DNA of 64,000 nt from the human T2T-CHM13v2.0 reference genome, Homo sapiens, in the NCBI RefSeq assembly GCF_009914755.1, contig NC_060929.1. One strand, written 5' to 3'. The notes under the pieces are model-generated. The model was not told the DNA's origin and did no database searches. It saw only the letters and a program-made list of their open reading frames with translations. Shown here in pieces: positions 34,137-48,308 of the stretch (position 1 is the stretch's first letter; each line of letters opens with the position of its first letter). The translations under genes and the position numbers were made by a program.

Positions 34137-34497
34137 TACTATGGTGTGAATATGGGTGACCCCCAAAATGCATATATTGGAACCTAATACTCAATGTGAC
34201 AGTGTTAAGAGCTGGAGCCTTTCGGAGGTGATTAGGTCATGAGGATTCTCCCCTCATTAGTGAGATTAGTGCCATTATATTAATAATAGAGGCTTGAGGA
34301 GCCTGTTTGCCCCTTCCACCATGTGAGGACACAGCTAGAAGTTCCCTTTTATGAGGAATAAGTGCTCACCAGACACTGAATCTGCTGGTGCCTTGATCTT
34401 GGACTTCCAAGCCTCCAGAACTGTGAGTAATAAATGTCTATATTTACAAATTATGCAGTCTAAGGTATTTTGTTATAACTGCCCACATGGACTGATA
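34137..34497 (+). mobile_element. MaLR LTR (MLT1A/MST-like) nested in L1ME fragment (~33830-35100)
   Basis: tactatggtgtgaat...ggtgattaggtcatgagg...ccttgatcttggacttccaagcctccagaactgtgagtaataaatg. Confidence 0.8.
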
Positions 34498-34555
34498 CTT
34501 TCCTTCTGCTAAAATGGGAAAGCCTGAAAGATATGTAGTTAAGTGAAAAAAATTA

Positions 34556-34860
<305 letters not shown>

Positions 34861-35854
34861 ATTAAGGTGCAAAAAGGGAGCAGAAGATAAAAATATATAT
34901 TTTGTTGTTGATATTGATGATGATAATGACGTTATTAAATATGCATAAAAACTCTAGAAGGATACAAGCCTGCCTGGGAGTGAGGGGATTTGAAACTGGG
35001 AGATGTGTAACAAGGATGGGAGGAAACTTTTCAGCATATATTTTTCATACTTTCTTGTTTTCAAACTATGTGAATGTTTTGCTTATTCAAATATTTTTTA
35101 AAAACAAATTTCTATTTTGCATGCAGACAAGAACTGGAATATATGTATATAAGCAAAAATAACAGTATCATTATGATGAAATTATGATTGAATTAATTTT
35201 TAAAAACAGTCCCAAAAGAAAACCCTTCTCTTTTGATTACTTTATTTTGATTAAACAATGATCATTTTTTATCTAGGACTTCCCCTTTTTCCTATTACCT
35301 CCAGGAAACTTATAGTTGTTTGTTACTGGAATTTTATCAGCCTCATTGTTTTGGGTTATTTATTTTCCCCTTTCTATGACTTTTTTGTTTTCTATTCTGA
35401 TGGAGCTATTATACATGTACCAATTATTAGAACCACCTCAAATCTTTGGATAGTGATGAGGGTTTCAATTACACTAATCTCAGAGGACATCTGACTTACA
35501 GGGGATGGCACAGCAATTTGTTTGCCAGGAGGGATTAATCAATTGCCATTTGGGATGGAAAAAGTCTTTGCAAATTATGATCCCAATTTTCCACTTTGAA
35601 TATTTGGCAGGAGGTTGGGACCAGAATCTATTTTTTCACATTTCCAGCTATTTCACCAAGAGTTCTACGGGAAAGGTCTGATTGATATTTGCTTGCATTT
35701 ATAGTTACATATTGCCATAGAGTAGTTATGTATGTTTATATTATATTTATATATTATATATACTTATATGTTTATATTGTATATGATACATTTATAAATA
35801 TATTCATAAAATATATATTTTATATATGTATACAAAATTGGGGGATACATTTTA

Positions 35855-36247
<393 letters not shown>

Positions 36248-36314
36248 CTATTTGGAACCTCCCCTGTCCCCCCCCAGTGCTGGTGTGGGCCCCCAACCCA
36301 TTGATGGTGGCTAC

Positions 36315-37110
36315 TTTTGGTGTGTTGGCTTGTGAGCCCATAAAGAACAGGGAGTCACTTGGGATAACTCAGGCAATAAGGGTTTATTGTGGTGCTACAA
36401 AGGAGCCAGAATCTCCCCCCAAATCCAGGGACATACCAGGACCTGGGATTGTGGAGACTGGAATAGGGAGGTCTTTGAAAGTTCAGGGTGGCTCCAGCGC
36501 CCAGCTGCAGGAATTCTGGAGCTTTCCCCTAGCACGCCACCTTTACGTTGCCGTTCTCCAGTGTTGGATTCCTTTGTGTGTCTGCTCCATCTCTTCCTGC
36601 TTCCAAGCTTTGTATCTCTTCTTCAACTTGGGGCTTCTGCTTCTGATTCATCATAACTCTGATATGTCCCTACCCCATGTGGCCACTTCCGCCTACTTTC
36701 CAACTTCTACTGACTGTGTGATTCTGTCCACATTCCCCAAGTCAAATCCCAGGAGGAGTGGGTGGGATATGGCTGACCCATATGGAAGAGACAGGCTTGG
36801 TCTTGTTACAGGGAAAGTGGCCAGTTGGGAAATTGTCATGAAGATCCAATTATCTGCATTTCTTTTCTTTGTTTCAGGCACCTGGAGCATGAGGTCAGCA
36901 TCAGAGATCATTGGCTGGGGCCTCCTGTGCCAAGCCAGGCTCTACACGGCAGCCTGCCTTTGGGATGACCTTGGGGTGATCACCACAATGCAATCAGCAG
37001 TGGCAGGAGGGAGAGGGGAGGACCAAGTGATCCAGAACAGAGCTACCTCAAACAGGAAGCAGACTGGGGCCATTTCCCTCCAAGGGACTCAGGGCTGCAC
37101 TAAGATGCCT
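36315..37110 (-). mobile_element. Old MLT1-type LTR carrying a 131-bp foreign insertion
   Basis: ttggcttgtgagcccataaagaac...gggtttattg...caaatcccaggaggag...caatcagcagtggcaggagg MLT1-like; low identity. Confidence 0.45.
36782..36912 (+). repeat. 131-bp dispersed direct repeat, copy 1 (derived)
   Basis: 130/131 identical to 37950-38080. Confidence 0.97.
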
Positions 37111-37949
37111 TGACACGTCACCCAGGGTGGTCATGAATGTGGCAGAGAGTATACTTCTGTGTCCTGAGAGTCAATACCAGGGCAGCAGAATTGCATGAGA
37201 CAGACACTCAGAGGTCAGACCCTGGGAAGATTCCAGACCTGAGCTAGGGCCAGTGTGAAGGGAGGCAGATGAAAACAATTGCCAAGAATGAGGTGGGAGG
37301 TGCTTGGCCACCAGAGTCCCCACAGGTGAGTGGGCCATCCTGCCTCAAAAGCACAAAATAATAATTGGGGGATATTTCACTCCCTGTTTTCCATTCCTGG
37401 GTGTAAAAAAATACAAATTACACACTTAAAAGGAAGCATATTACTGCCTTTATGACTTTGAAGTCTGTTATAATTTGAATGGGGTTAGCAAAATGTTGCC
37501 CCGTAGACCTATTAAGAAGCTCACTTTCATATCAACAAAGTAGATTTCCCTTTGGGAGATAAAATGTCCTTTGCTTGAGGAGGCCACTATTCACAGCTCC
37601 TTCCATTCAATCAAGAAATATTTATTGGGCCATGCATGTGCCAGCTGCCGGGAATGAGAAGTTTATAGGCTAATGGGGGAAACAGATAAAAAACAAGTAG
37701 AAAAGTCAAGACAAGGTGATTTCAGAGGATAACAAACAAGACCACTTAGCAAGCACTGCAGTTTTCCAGGTGAGAAACAGAGGTTTGGCATACACTGCTA
37801 GGCTGGAGCTGGCAAGAAACCCAGAGACTCAGGGTGCAGTAAGTTTAATCCACCCAGCCAGGGAGTTGGGTCTAGACAGCTACTCACCAGGCCACAGGAC
37901 TTCTGCGCCAAGATTTCAGGTTCTGACCCAGGTAGCTCACGAGAGTACA

Positions 37950-38080
37950 ATGGAAGAGACAGGCTTGGTCTTGTTACAGGGAAAGTGGCCAGTTGGGAAA
38001 ATGTCATGAAGATCCAATTATCTGCATTTCTTTTCTTTGTTTCAGGCACCTGGAGCATGAGGTCAGCATCAGAGATCATT
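37950..38080 (+). repeat. 131-bp dispersed direct repeat, copy 2 (probable source)
   Basis: ATGGAAGAGACAGG...AGAGATCATT; single mismatch (GGGAAATTG vs GGGAAAATG). Confidence 0.97.
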
Positions 38081-39120
38081 AAAAATGTTTAATTAATTTT
38101 AATTGGTGGCCATCTCCCCCATCTCTCTTTTACTTCATGGGCATATTGGGCAACCTTCCTCATACTCCCTCAGGTTCTCCTATTTTGCTTACATTGGTTT
38201 ATTCCAGATTTTTCTTTTGTTTGTATTTTTTTATTGGTTTTGATCAGCTCCTTTTTTCTTCCTTTAAGGTGTATAATGAGGAGAAAAAAGCCACAACCAT
38301 TCAGGTTATTCATGTTTTAAAGATAAGAATCTGATACTCTAGACAAAAACTGGATGTGGTAAAGACTACCTGTGTGTCTGCATGTGTATTTCTTAAGAAC
38401 ATAAGGCTTATTTGGAAGAAATAATAAAATCGTGATAGCTGACGTTTAGAGGATGCGTCCCTCATCGCTATTTTAGGGTTTGGTCAAGTGCTGTTGCTTT
38501 TTCTAGATTATGAGGTAGAAACTGAGGCACAGAGAGATTGCATCACGGTTACCATCACATGCTCAGTAAGTGGGGAGCCAGGATTCTAACCTGTCTGGCC
38601 TCAGAGCCCTCACTTTAAATCAGTGTAATCAATGCTCCTCATAGCCTACCCTCCATCGAGCCCAGCCAAGATGATGTCTTTTCTCTCTGGAAAAGTTCTC
38701 ACTTTATTGTTAAGTAATCATATGCCGATTAAATTTATAAGGCCATAAATATTCATTGCATGCTACTACGTGTAGGGTACGCATATACAGAGAAGTAGAA
38801 ATCACGTTCCCTGTCCGCTCTTAGCTTGTCTTTCTGCTGGAAAGCCAAGAAGCAAAGATGGGGGAAGTGAAATCTCTATGTCGATTTACAAGCCATTGGA
38901 TGCAGTGCCAAAGGCACCTAATTAATTGCCAATGAGCTACATAAATATTTATTGGCCTAACTAAGAGTTCAAGGAAGGGATAGAGCGCTTGGATTGGCAC
39001 TAAAATGAAAATCTGCTAGAACAGCGATACAAAAATGCTGGAACTTACACCAGGCTATGGCCAAGAGGAAATCGCAGGGAAACTGGAGAGAGAGAATGAT
39101 GGGGTGAGGGCAGAAAGGAA
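38046..39120 (+). pseudogene. Candidate decayed tandem SMIM23-like paralogue (3 pseudo-exons: ~38046-38150, 38269-38358, 38845-~39120)
   Basis: Splice acceptors at 38045, 38268, 38844; conceptual translation shows G-x-x-(W>stop) and C-x4-N-L like exon 3, and P-x5-K..N*L-x3-LH-x12-IERLDW..LL like exon 4; multiple stops and 1-nt frameshifts; AATAAA at 39346 and 39413; alignment by eye only. Confidence 0.5.
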
Positions 39121-39829
39121 TCACATCCCAGATGTGGGTGCCCAGCCTCAACATAAGGTCCAGATTCCAGGTCTCAGAGAAGATGTGGGGACAGGCTTCC
39201 CAAAGGCCTGTGAGAAGCAGGGTGATGGGAAACAACAACAACAAAAACAAAAACCTTTGAGAAGCAAGGATTTGGGCTCCACTCAATCTATTCCAAGGCC
39301 AGAATGTCCCTTTCCTGTCTGTGTGTCCTATTTTTGATGGTGTCAAATAAAAATGTGGATTTCATTTTTGTTTTCTTAATCCACAAATTGGTTCAACAAA
39401 GTTGTGAAATTCAATAAATCCAGTTTGGCTCCAATCTGGCTGTCAGGAGGACAATTGAGGGGGATGAGGGATGGAGCCAAAGAATACACGTTTCCTGGAG
39501 CACCCAAATTCTTTCTGTTGTGACATTCCCATGAGAGAATGCATCCCTGCCTGAGGGCAGGGGACGACAGAAGGCAAGGGCTTCATCCAGACGCTGAGTT
39601 CGCCTTCTTAGTACAGGGGCTGTGCCCTTTGCAGAAAGGGTCTGGAGTCCCTGTGCGCTTGGGCCAAGTCACTTCCTACCTCAAAGCCTTTGTTTCCTCC
39701 TCTGTCCTATAAAGCTACTCCCACCTCCTCTGAGCAGCTGTTGGGATATTAAGAAGGTGTATTGACCATAAAGCCAAGTGTGGAAACCTAGCAGATGCTT
39801 AGGACAAGACAGCATAATAGAAAAAAAGA

Positions 39830-40270
39830 TAGATCTAGTCCCAGGCTCAGTAAAATTCGGGGACATGGACTTTATCTCTCCACCTCTCAACTCGGCTTGC
39901 CTCTGGGCTGGCCCCATTCTCAGGCAGGCCAACCCCACTGTGAGGCAGGGTGGCTTCAGAAGTGCCAGGCTATGATATCATATCTGCCAAGCCTGGCCAG
40001 AAGGAAGGAAATGCCTCTTCCCCAATGGCTGTGACCAAAGTTCTGCAATTGGGCCTTGTCTGTCAGACTGCGTCACATGCCCATTCCTGAGCTAGTCCTT
40101 GTGGCTGAGGGGACGCACTGCTCTGATTGGCCAGACCTGTGTCCTCTGCCCATCCCTCCAGCCAAGGATAGAGTCAGCTCTATGGAAGCACTGACAGAGT
40201 GGAGGAGCTGTGGCCTTCCTAGGGATACTGGAGTGCTGTCCCGGAAAGGGGACAATTAAATGCTAGGAAA
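39830..40270 (-). mobile_element. MLT1K/L-like LTR
   Basis: ccccattctcaggcagg...ctctgattggccagacctgtgtc...ggagtgctgtcccggaaagg. Confidence 0.6.
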
Positions 40271-40479
40271 AAAATTAAAATACGTTGTTAACATTTCAAC
40301 GATAATTATTTACATTTTCATCATAGGCTGGTGGAGTAGAAAGTGCATTCTCAGCTGTACTACCTCACTGAGACCTTAGTTCATCTAGACAAGTGATCTT
40401 TTTTTAAATACCCTGGTGCATGAGCCTGCTACAGCTTCTCCTGCCTTTGAGCCTAGACAAAGTGCACATCAGTGGAGGT

Positions 40480-41020
40480 GGCATGAAGAAGTTGAAAGAA
40501 CCAGGCTTTGGGGGTCAAACAGACCTGGTGCTAGCCCTGCCCCTCACCCCTGCTTCTCCACCATGTGACCTCAGACAGGTGGACTCTACCCTTCTGAGTC
40601 CCATTCTGCTCGCCCATAAAACGGGATATGTCTATACATCTCCCGGGCCTATTGAGAGGATTGTGTAATAAGCACCAACTTTTATTTAGTGTTTACTATG
40701 CTCCAGGTGCTATTCTAAGTGCTTTAGGGGCATTACCTTATTTAATCACCACAGCAAGTCTGTGATGATTTGATGTGTGATGATGAGACAGTTACTGTCA
40801 GTGCCTTCATCATACACATAAGGGAACAGGGATGCAGGATGCCTAAATAGTCCAGGGTCACACAGTAAGTGCTGGAGCCAGGATGCAAACCCAGACAGGC
40901 AAACTCCAGGGCCACGAGCTTCAACCCCGCCCTGTGCTCCTTCCGGATTAAATGAGGTAATGTGCATGCAAGAGCTATGTAAACCGTAACACACTATATA
41001 AATGTCACTCGTTATTACTT
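40480..41020. mobile_element. MIR (+) with an opposite-orientation MIR (~40670-40930) nested inside
   Basis: tgtgacctcagacagg...gagaggattg / reverse MIR ...ccagggtcacacagtaagtgctggagccagg / ggattaaatgaggtaatgtgcatg. Confidence 0.6.
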
Positions 41021-41973
41021 CTCTCTTGCTGCCCTGGTCATTAAAGCCAGGAGGGACCTAATGAATCTACCGTTCAGATATTTTCTCACAGCTCAAGACA
41101 CGGTCGCTGGTCCTTGAGCTCCCACTTCCTCCCAGCCTGCCTGTGACTCAAGGCTGCACCTAGAGACCCCTTCTCGCTCTTTCTGCTCTAGCGCACCAGC
41201 CAAGTCGTGTCTTGGATGTGGCCAGTCATGCTGTAGAGAGGGATCAGCAAAGCGATCAGTAGGAGATGATGAGCTGTGGGCTAAGAACTCTGGTGAGGGG
41301 AGTTTGTCTTGCACACGTGCATACATCCATTCAGCAACTCTTGATGAACACAAGGATGAACTGGGGCTGTACTGGACAGTAGCAATATTTTGGAGAGAAG
41401 AACCAACATGGTCTCTGCCCACATGAGAGTTCCCAGAGTGGTGGGGGAGTCAGACAAAACAGGACTCCCTGAGATCTGGGAAGAGATTCTGCACCATGTG
41501 TAGTATGGTGCATAATAGCAGAACCTGCCTGCTAGGGTGGTTGTGAGATACACGCTAGAGGAGTCGTGCAGGCAGTGTCAGAGCTGAGCACATGTTAGCT
41601 GTCGTCACAAAATGAGTTCCGCCGCCTCCCCCCTCTGACATACAGCTCAGCACTCAATGCCATGTAACTTACTTGTTCATTCTTTGTGGCTCTTGGTTTC
41701 TGCTTTATTTCACATATCAAAACACATACTTATTAACAAAAATCCAGGAAAAAAATAAAGCAGAAAAGTGTATGTTTTTCAAATAGCAAGAGAATAGAAA
41801 CTGATATCATATTGGTGGTTGCCAGGGGCTGCTGGAAGGAGGGAAAGGAGAGACTGCTTAATGGGTACAGGGTTTCTGGTTGGGGCGATGAAAATGTTCT
41901 GTAATTAGATAGCGGTGATGGCTGCACAGTGGTGGAGATGTAGATAATGCCACCGAATTGTCTACTTTAAAAT

Positions 41974-42313
<340 letters not shown>

Positions 42314-42905
42314 TTACTGTAATTTTTTTAAGTAGCAGGGGACCATGACCTCACTACCCACGGTCAGTCAAAGCAATATTTTACATATTTTCCTCCAGTT
42401 TTTTTCAATGCATATTTTGCAAGAGTTAAAGTCATAATTGCAAGTACAACTTTGTATTTTCTCCTTTTTGAATCCAGCAGTATGTCCTAAGTATTTTCTC
42501 CATGTCCTGCATAACACTGCTGGGCATTTAGGAGGTCCTTTTCTTCTAAACAACTCTTCCCTAATATTAGCAAACACATTAAGAACATGAAAGGCACACT
42601 GTTGATTGGGAGAAACTATTCATCATACATGTATCTGACAGAAGACTTACATCCAGAATGTACAAGGAATTCCTACAAATCAATAAGAAAAGAACAGACC
42701 ACTCAGTTGTTTTAAATGTGCCATAAGTTGGAAAAGACACTTAAGAAGAAGATACAAGAATGGACAATAAGCACGAGAAAGGTGCTCAACATCACTGCTC
42801 ATCCGGGACATGCAAGCTAAAATCATAATGAGATGGTACGGCAATATCACATGTTGGCAAGGAAGACAGAGCACTGAAAATGTCATACACGCTGGTGGGA
42901 TCCTA

Positions 42906-43238
<333 letters not shown>

Positions 43239-43536
43239 TTATTATAAATATACACCTATGCTATGTCCTAGCGATTCCACTTCCAAGTATTTACCCAAAA
43301 GAAAGGAAAACTAGTGGCCGCCAAAGCAAAAATGCACAAAAATGGTCATAACAGCTTTATTCATAAAAGACAATAACTGGAAACAACTCAAATGTCCATA
43401 AATAAATTGTGGTATATACCTACAATAGAATACTGTATACAGACGTTTTTTAAATGAACTACTGAAACATACAACAGCATGAATGAGTCTCAAAAGCATT
43501 GTGTTGCATGAAATAAGCAAGACTAAAGAGTACTTA

Positions 43537-43830
43537 GGCAAGGCACAGTGGCTCAGGCCTGTAATCCCAACACTTTGGGAAGCTGAGGCAGACAGATCAC
43601 CTGAGGTCAGGAGTTTGACACCAGCCTGGCCAACATGGTGAAACCCCATCTGTGCTAACAATACAAAAATTAACTGGGTGTGGTGGTGCATGCCTGTAAT
43701 CTCAGCTATTGGGGAGGCCTAGGCAGGAGACTCGCTTGAACCCAGGAAGCGGAAGTTGCAGTGAGCTGAGATCATACCATTGCACTCCAGCCTGGGCGAC
43801 AGAGTGAGACTCTGCCTCAAAAAAAAAAAA
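43537..43830 (+). mobile_element. AluS
   Basis: Alu consensus. Confidence 0.95.
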
Positions 43831-44068
43831 GGATTTGCTGTGTGATTCCAGGCAAAGCTAAATTATGATGATAGAAATTAAGTCAATGTCTTGGGGGAGG
43901 TATACAAGGAAACTTTTTGGTATAATAGAAATACTCTAGCTCTTGATTTAGGTTGTGGGTTACATCAGTGTATACATTTATTGAAATTCATCAAACTGTA
44001 CAACTTAAGTCTCCTCTTTATTATATGCAAGTCATACCTGAATAACATTAGTTAAAAACAATAAAATA

Positions 44069-44358
44069 GGCCAGGCACAGCCGCTCTTGCCTGTAATCCC
44101 AACACTTTAGGGGCTAAGGTGGGAGGATTGCTTGAACCCAGGAGTTTGAGACCAGCCTGGGCAACATAGTGAGACCCTCTGTCTACAAAAAATAAATTAG
44201 CTATGAGTAGTGCTATGCACCTGTAGTCTCAGCTACTCGAGAGGCTGAGGCAGGAGGATTGTTTGAGCCCAGGAAGTTGAGGCTGCAGTGAACCACAGTT
44301 ACACCACTGCACTCCAGCCTGAGCAACAGAGTGAGATGCTGTCTCAAAACAAAAAAAA
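44069..44358 (+). mobile_element. AluJ
   Basis: gggaggattgcttgaacccaggagtttgag, gaggctgcagtg J-type diagnostics. Confidence 0.92.
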
Positions 44359-44487
44359 ATTAACACAGTAAAGTAATACACCAACCCTATGACTCAAATA
44401 TTTCACTTCCATATATTTGCCCAAGAAAAAAACCATTTACCCACAGAAAGTCTTATATAAGACTATTCATTGAAACTATACTCATAA

Positions 44488-44856
<369 letters not shown>

Positions 44857-45065
44857 TGTTAATCTGCATTTTTAAAGGTACGTTGCTTACAAGAGATACA
44901 AAGACCCAGAAAGGTTGAAAGTAAAAGGATGGAAAAATATATTCATTAAAATACTAAAAAAGCAGATAAGTAGGTAGAAATTTTTAAAAGCAGGTATAGC
45001 TCTCCTATCAGATGAAATCGACATTAAAACCAAAAGTATTATAAGACATAAAGAATGACAATTCA

Positions 45066-45235
45066 GGCCAGGCACGGTGGTATGCACCTGTTGTCTTAGC
45101 TACTTGGGAGGCTGAGGGAGGCTGAGACAGGAGGGTCACATGAGCCCAGGAGTTTGAGGCTGCAGGGAGCTATGATCATGCCACTGTAGCCCAGCCTGGG
45201 CAACACAGCAAGACCCCATCTTTTAAAAAGAAAGA
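45066..45235 (+). mobile_element. Alu monomer (FRAM/AluJ right arm)
   Basis: Single arm; TSD AAAGAAT(G/A)ACAATTCA. Confidence 0.85.
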
Positions 45236-45415
45236 ATAACAATTCATAATTATAGAGGGGTCAGTTCAACAGGAATACATAAGGATCCTAAATGCCAATG
45301 AGCTTAATAATATGGCTTCAAACACTGTAAGAACTAAAAGGAGAAATAATGGATTCCATAATCATAGTGGGATGTTTCAACACATGTGTCACAGTTAACT
45401 GATAACACAAATAAA

Positions 45416-45509
45416 TACACAAATAATAAGGATGTGAGATTTGAATGACATGAATAACAAACTTACACAAATAATAAGGATGTGAGATTTGAATGACATG
45501 AATAACAAA
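45416..45509. repeat. 48-bp period perfect tandem duplication
   Basis: TACACAAATAATAAGGATGTGAGATTTGAATGACATGAATAACAAA at 45416 and 45464. Confidence 0.95.
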
Positions 45510-46286
45510 TATGATCAGACCCAAACCTATCCAGGCACCTGCCTTATGGCAAAGGCACCACTACAAAGCAGTTGGGGAGAGAACAGTCTTGTCAATAAAT
45601 GTTGCTAGATCAGTTGTACAACCTTAGGGAAAATATGGGCACTGACTCTTAAAATTCTATTCCAGGTGAATGATAGATCTAAATGTAAAAAGTAAAACAA
45701 TAAAGCTTCTGGAATAAAACATAGGAGTATAGTTATGACCATGGATAGACAAAGATTTCTTAAACAAAACACAAAGAACATTAATCATAAAGGAAAAGAT
45801 TGATGAATTCAACCATTTAAAAATTAAGAATTGTTATTCATCAAGACATCATTAAGAGAGTGAAAAGGCAAACAGGATGGGAGAAGGTATGTGCCATCCA
45901 TGCACCTATTTAAGAACCTGAATAGTGTCCATATACAGAACTCCTACAAACCAATAAGAAAAGGACAGACATCTCTCAAAAAGGCCAAAATGTGAACAGG
46001 CACTCCACAAAAGGGCATATCCAAATGGCCAATTAGCTGTCCGTGAATGGCTAATTAAAGCCACAATGAGGTATCAGCACTACAGTGAGTATGTTTAACT
46101 ATTTTAACCTGACATCAAATTTTGCAAGGATGCAGAGTTACTAGAACTCTCAGATATTTCTGTGGCAGCATAAATTGCTACAATTGCTTTGAAAAGCTGT
46201 TGGCAGTACCTACTAAAGCTGAACACAGGCACTTCATGACCCAAAATTTCACCCCAAATGTATCCTCCCAGAAATGCATGTACACG

Positions 46287-46550
46287 CATGTTCTCACTCA
46301 TAAGTGAGAGTTGAACAATGAGAACACATGGACACAGGGAGGGGAACATCACACAGTGGGGCCTGTCGGGGAATGGGGGGCTAAAGGAGGGAGAGCATTA
46401 GGACAGATACCTAATCCATGCAGGGGTTCAAACCTAGATGATGGGTTGATGGGTGCAGCAAACCACCATGGCACATGTATACCTGTGTAACAAACCTGCA
46501 TGTTCTGCACATGTATCCCAGAACTTAGAGTAAAATAAAATTTAAAAGAA
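46287..46550 (+). mobile_element. L1PA7/8-like 3' end
   Basis: catgttctcactcataagtg...gggtgcagcaaaccaccatggcacatgtatacc...; flanked by AGAAATGCAT. Confidence 0.88.
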
Positions 46551-47059
46551 AAGAAATGCATATATATGTGTGTACGAAAAGTCATGACCAAAAATATCAT
46601 AGCAGCATTATTCCTACTACCTAAGAACTAGAAACCGTTCAAATGTCCTCAATAGTAGAATAGATAAATAAATAGTATTATATTCATTCCTGTAATGGAA
46701 TACTATCTGGCGATGAAAAAGAAAAAATACATGTGAAAACAGAGAAATCTCACAGACATGATGTTCACTGCAAGAAGTCAGACGCTGAAGAGTACATTCT
46801 CTGTGCTTCCATTCATATGAAATTCAAAGTCAGACAAACGTCTATCTATAGTCATAAAATCTGGGGTGTTGGATACTGTTTGGAAGTAATGATCAGGAGA
46901 GAGTGCAAGAGAGGCTTTGGGATGCTGGTAATATCCTATATCTTGATCTGTATGATGGGTGCATAGCTCAGTTTGTAAAACTTCATCATGCACTTCAGTG
47001 AAAGCTCATGCATGTAGCTGCATCATATTAAACTTCAGTTTAAAAGTTTGGCAAAACAG

Positions 47060-47349
<290 letters not shown>

Positions 47350-47716
47350 CAGTTTGGCAAAACAGAGCATATGAATATTATTCAAATTCATCATACATAT
47401 TGCCAAATTACTTTGGAGTAAAATTGTACTGATTCTCACCAGCAGTGTATAAGAGGTGTGTCTCTACTAACCCTCCCAAATACTGAGTGTTATCATTTTC
47501 AAAGATATTCTTTCGCTTTATCTTAATTTTTTCCAACAAGCCAGCTGCAATGACTGCAGATTAAACTATGTCACTCTCTCTCCTCTCCCGGACGCCTCCC
47601 GGCACCAAGGCAGTGGAAAAGGAGAGGAAGAAATGTAGGTGGCAGAGCCCGCAGGACATAGCATCGGATGGATGTGCCTGTACAGCACTCAGGTCCCTTC
47701 CTGAAAGCAGTCTTTA

Positions 47717-48308
<592 letters not shown>

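Noticed and set aside
39035-39337. 100-aa ATG ORF as an independent gene
   Set aside because: No recognisable domain; better explained as the tail of the candidate SMIM23-like pseudo-exon plus UTR-like sequence
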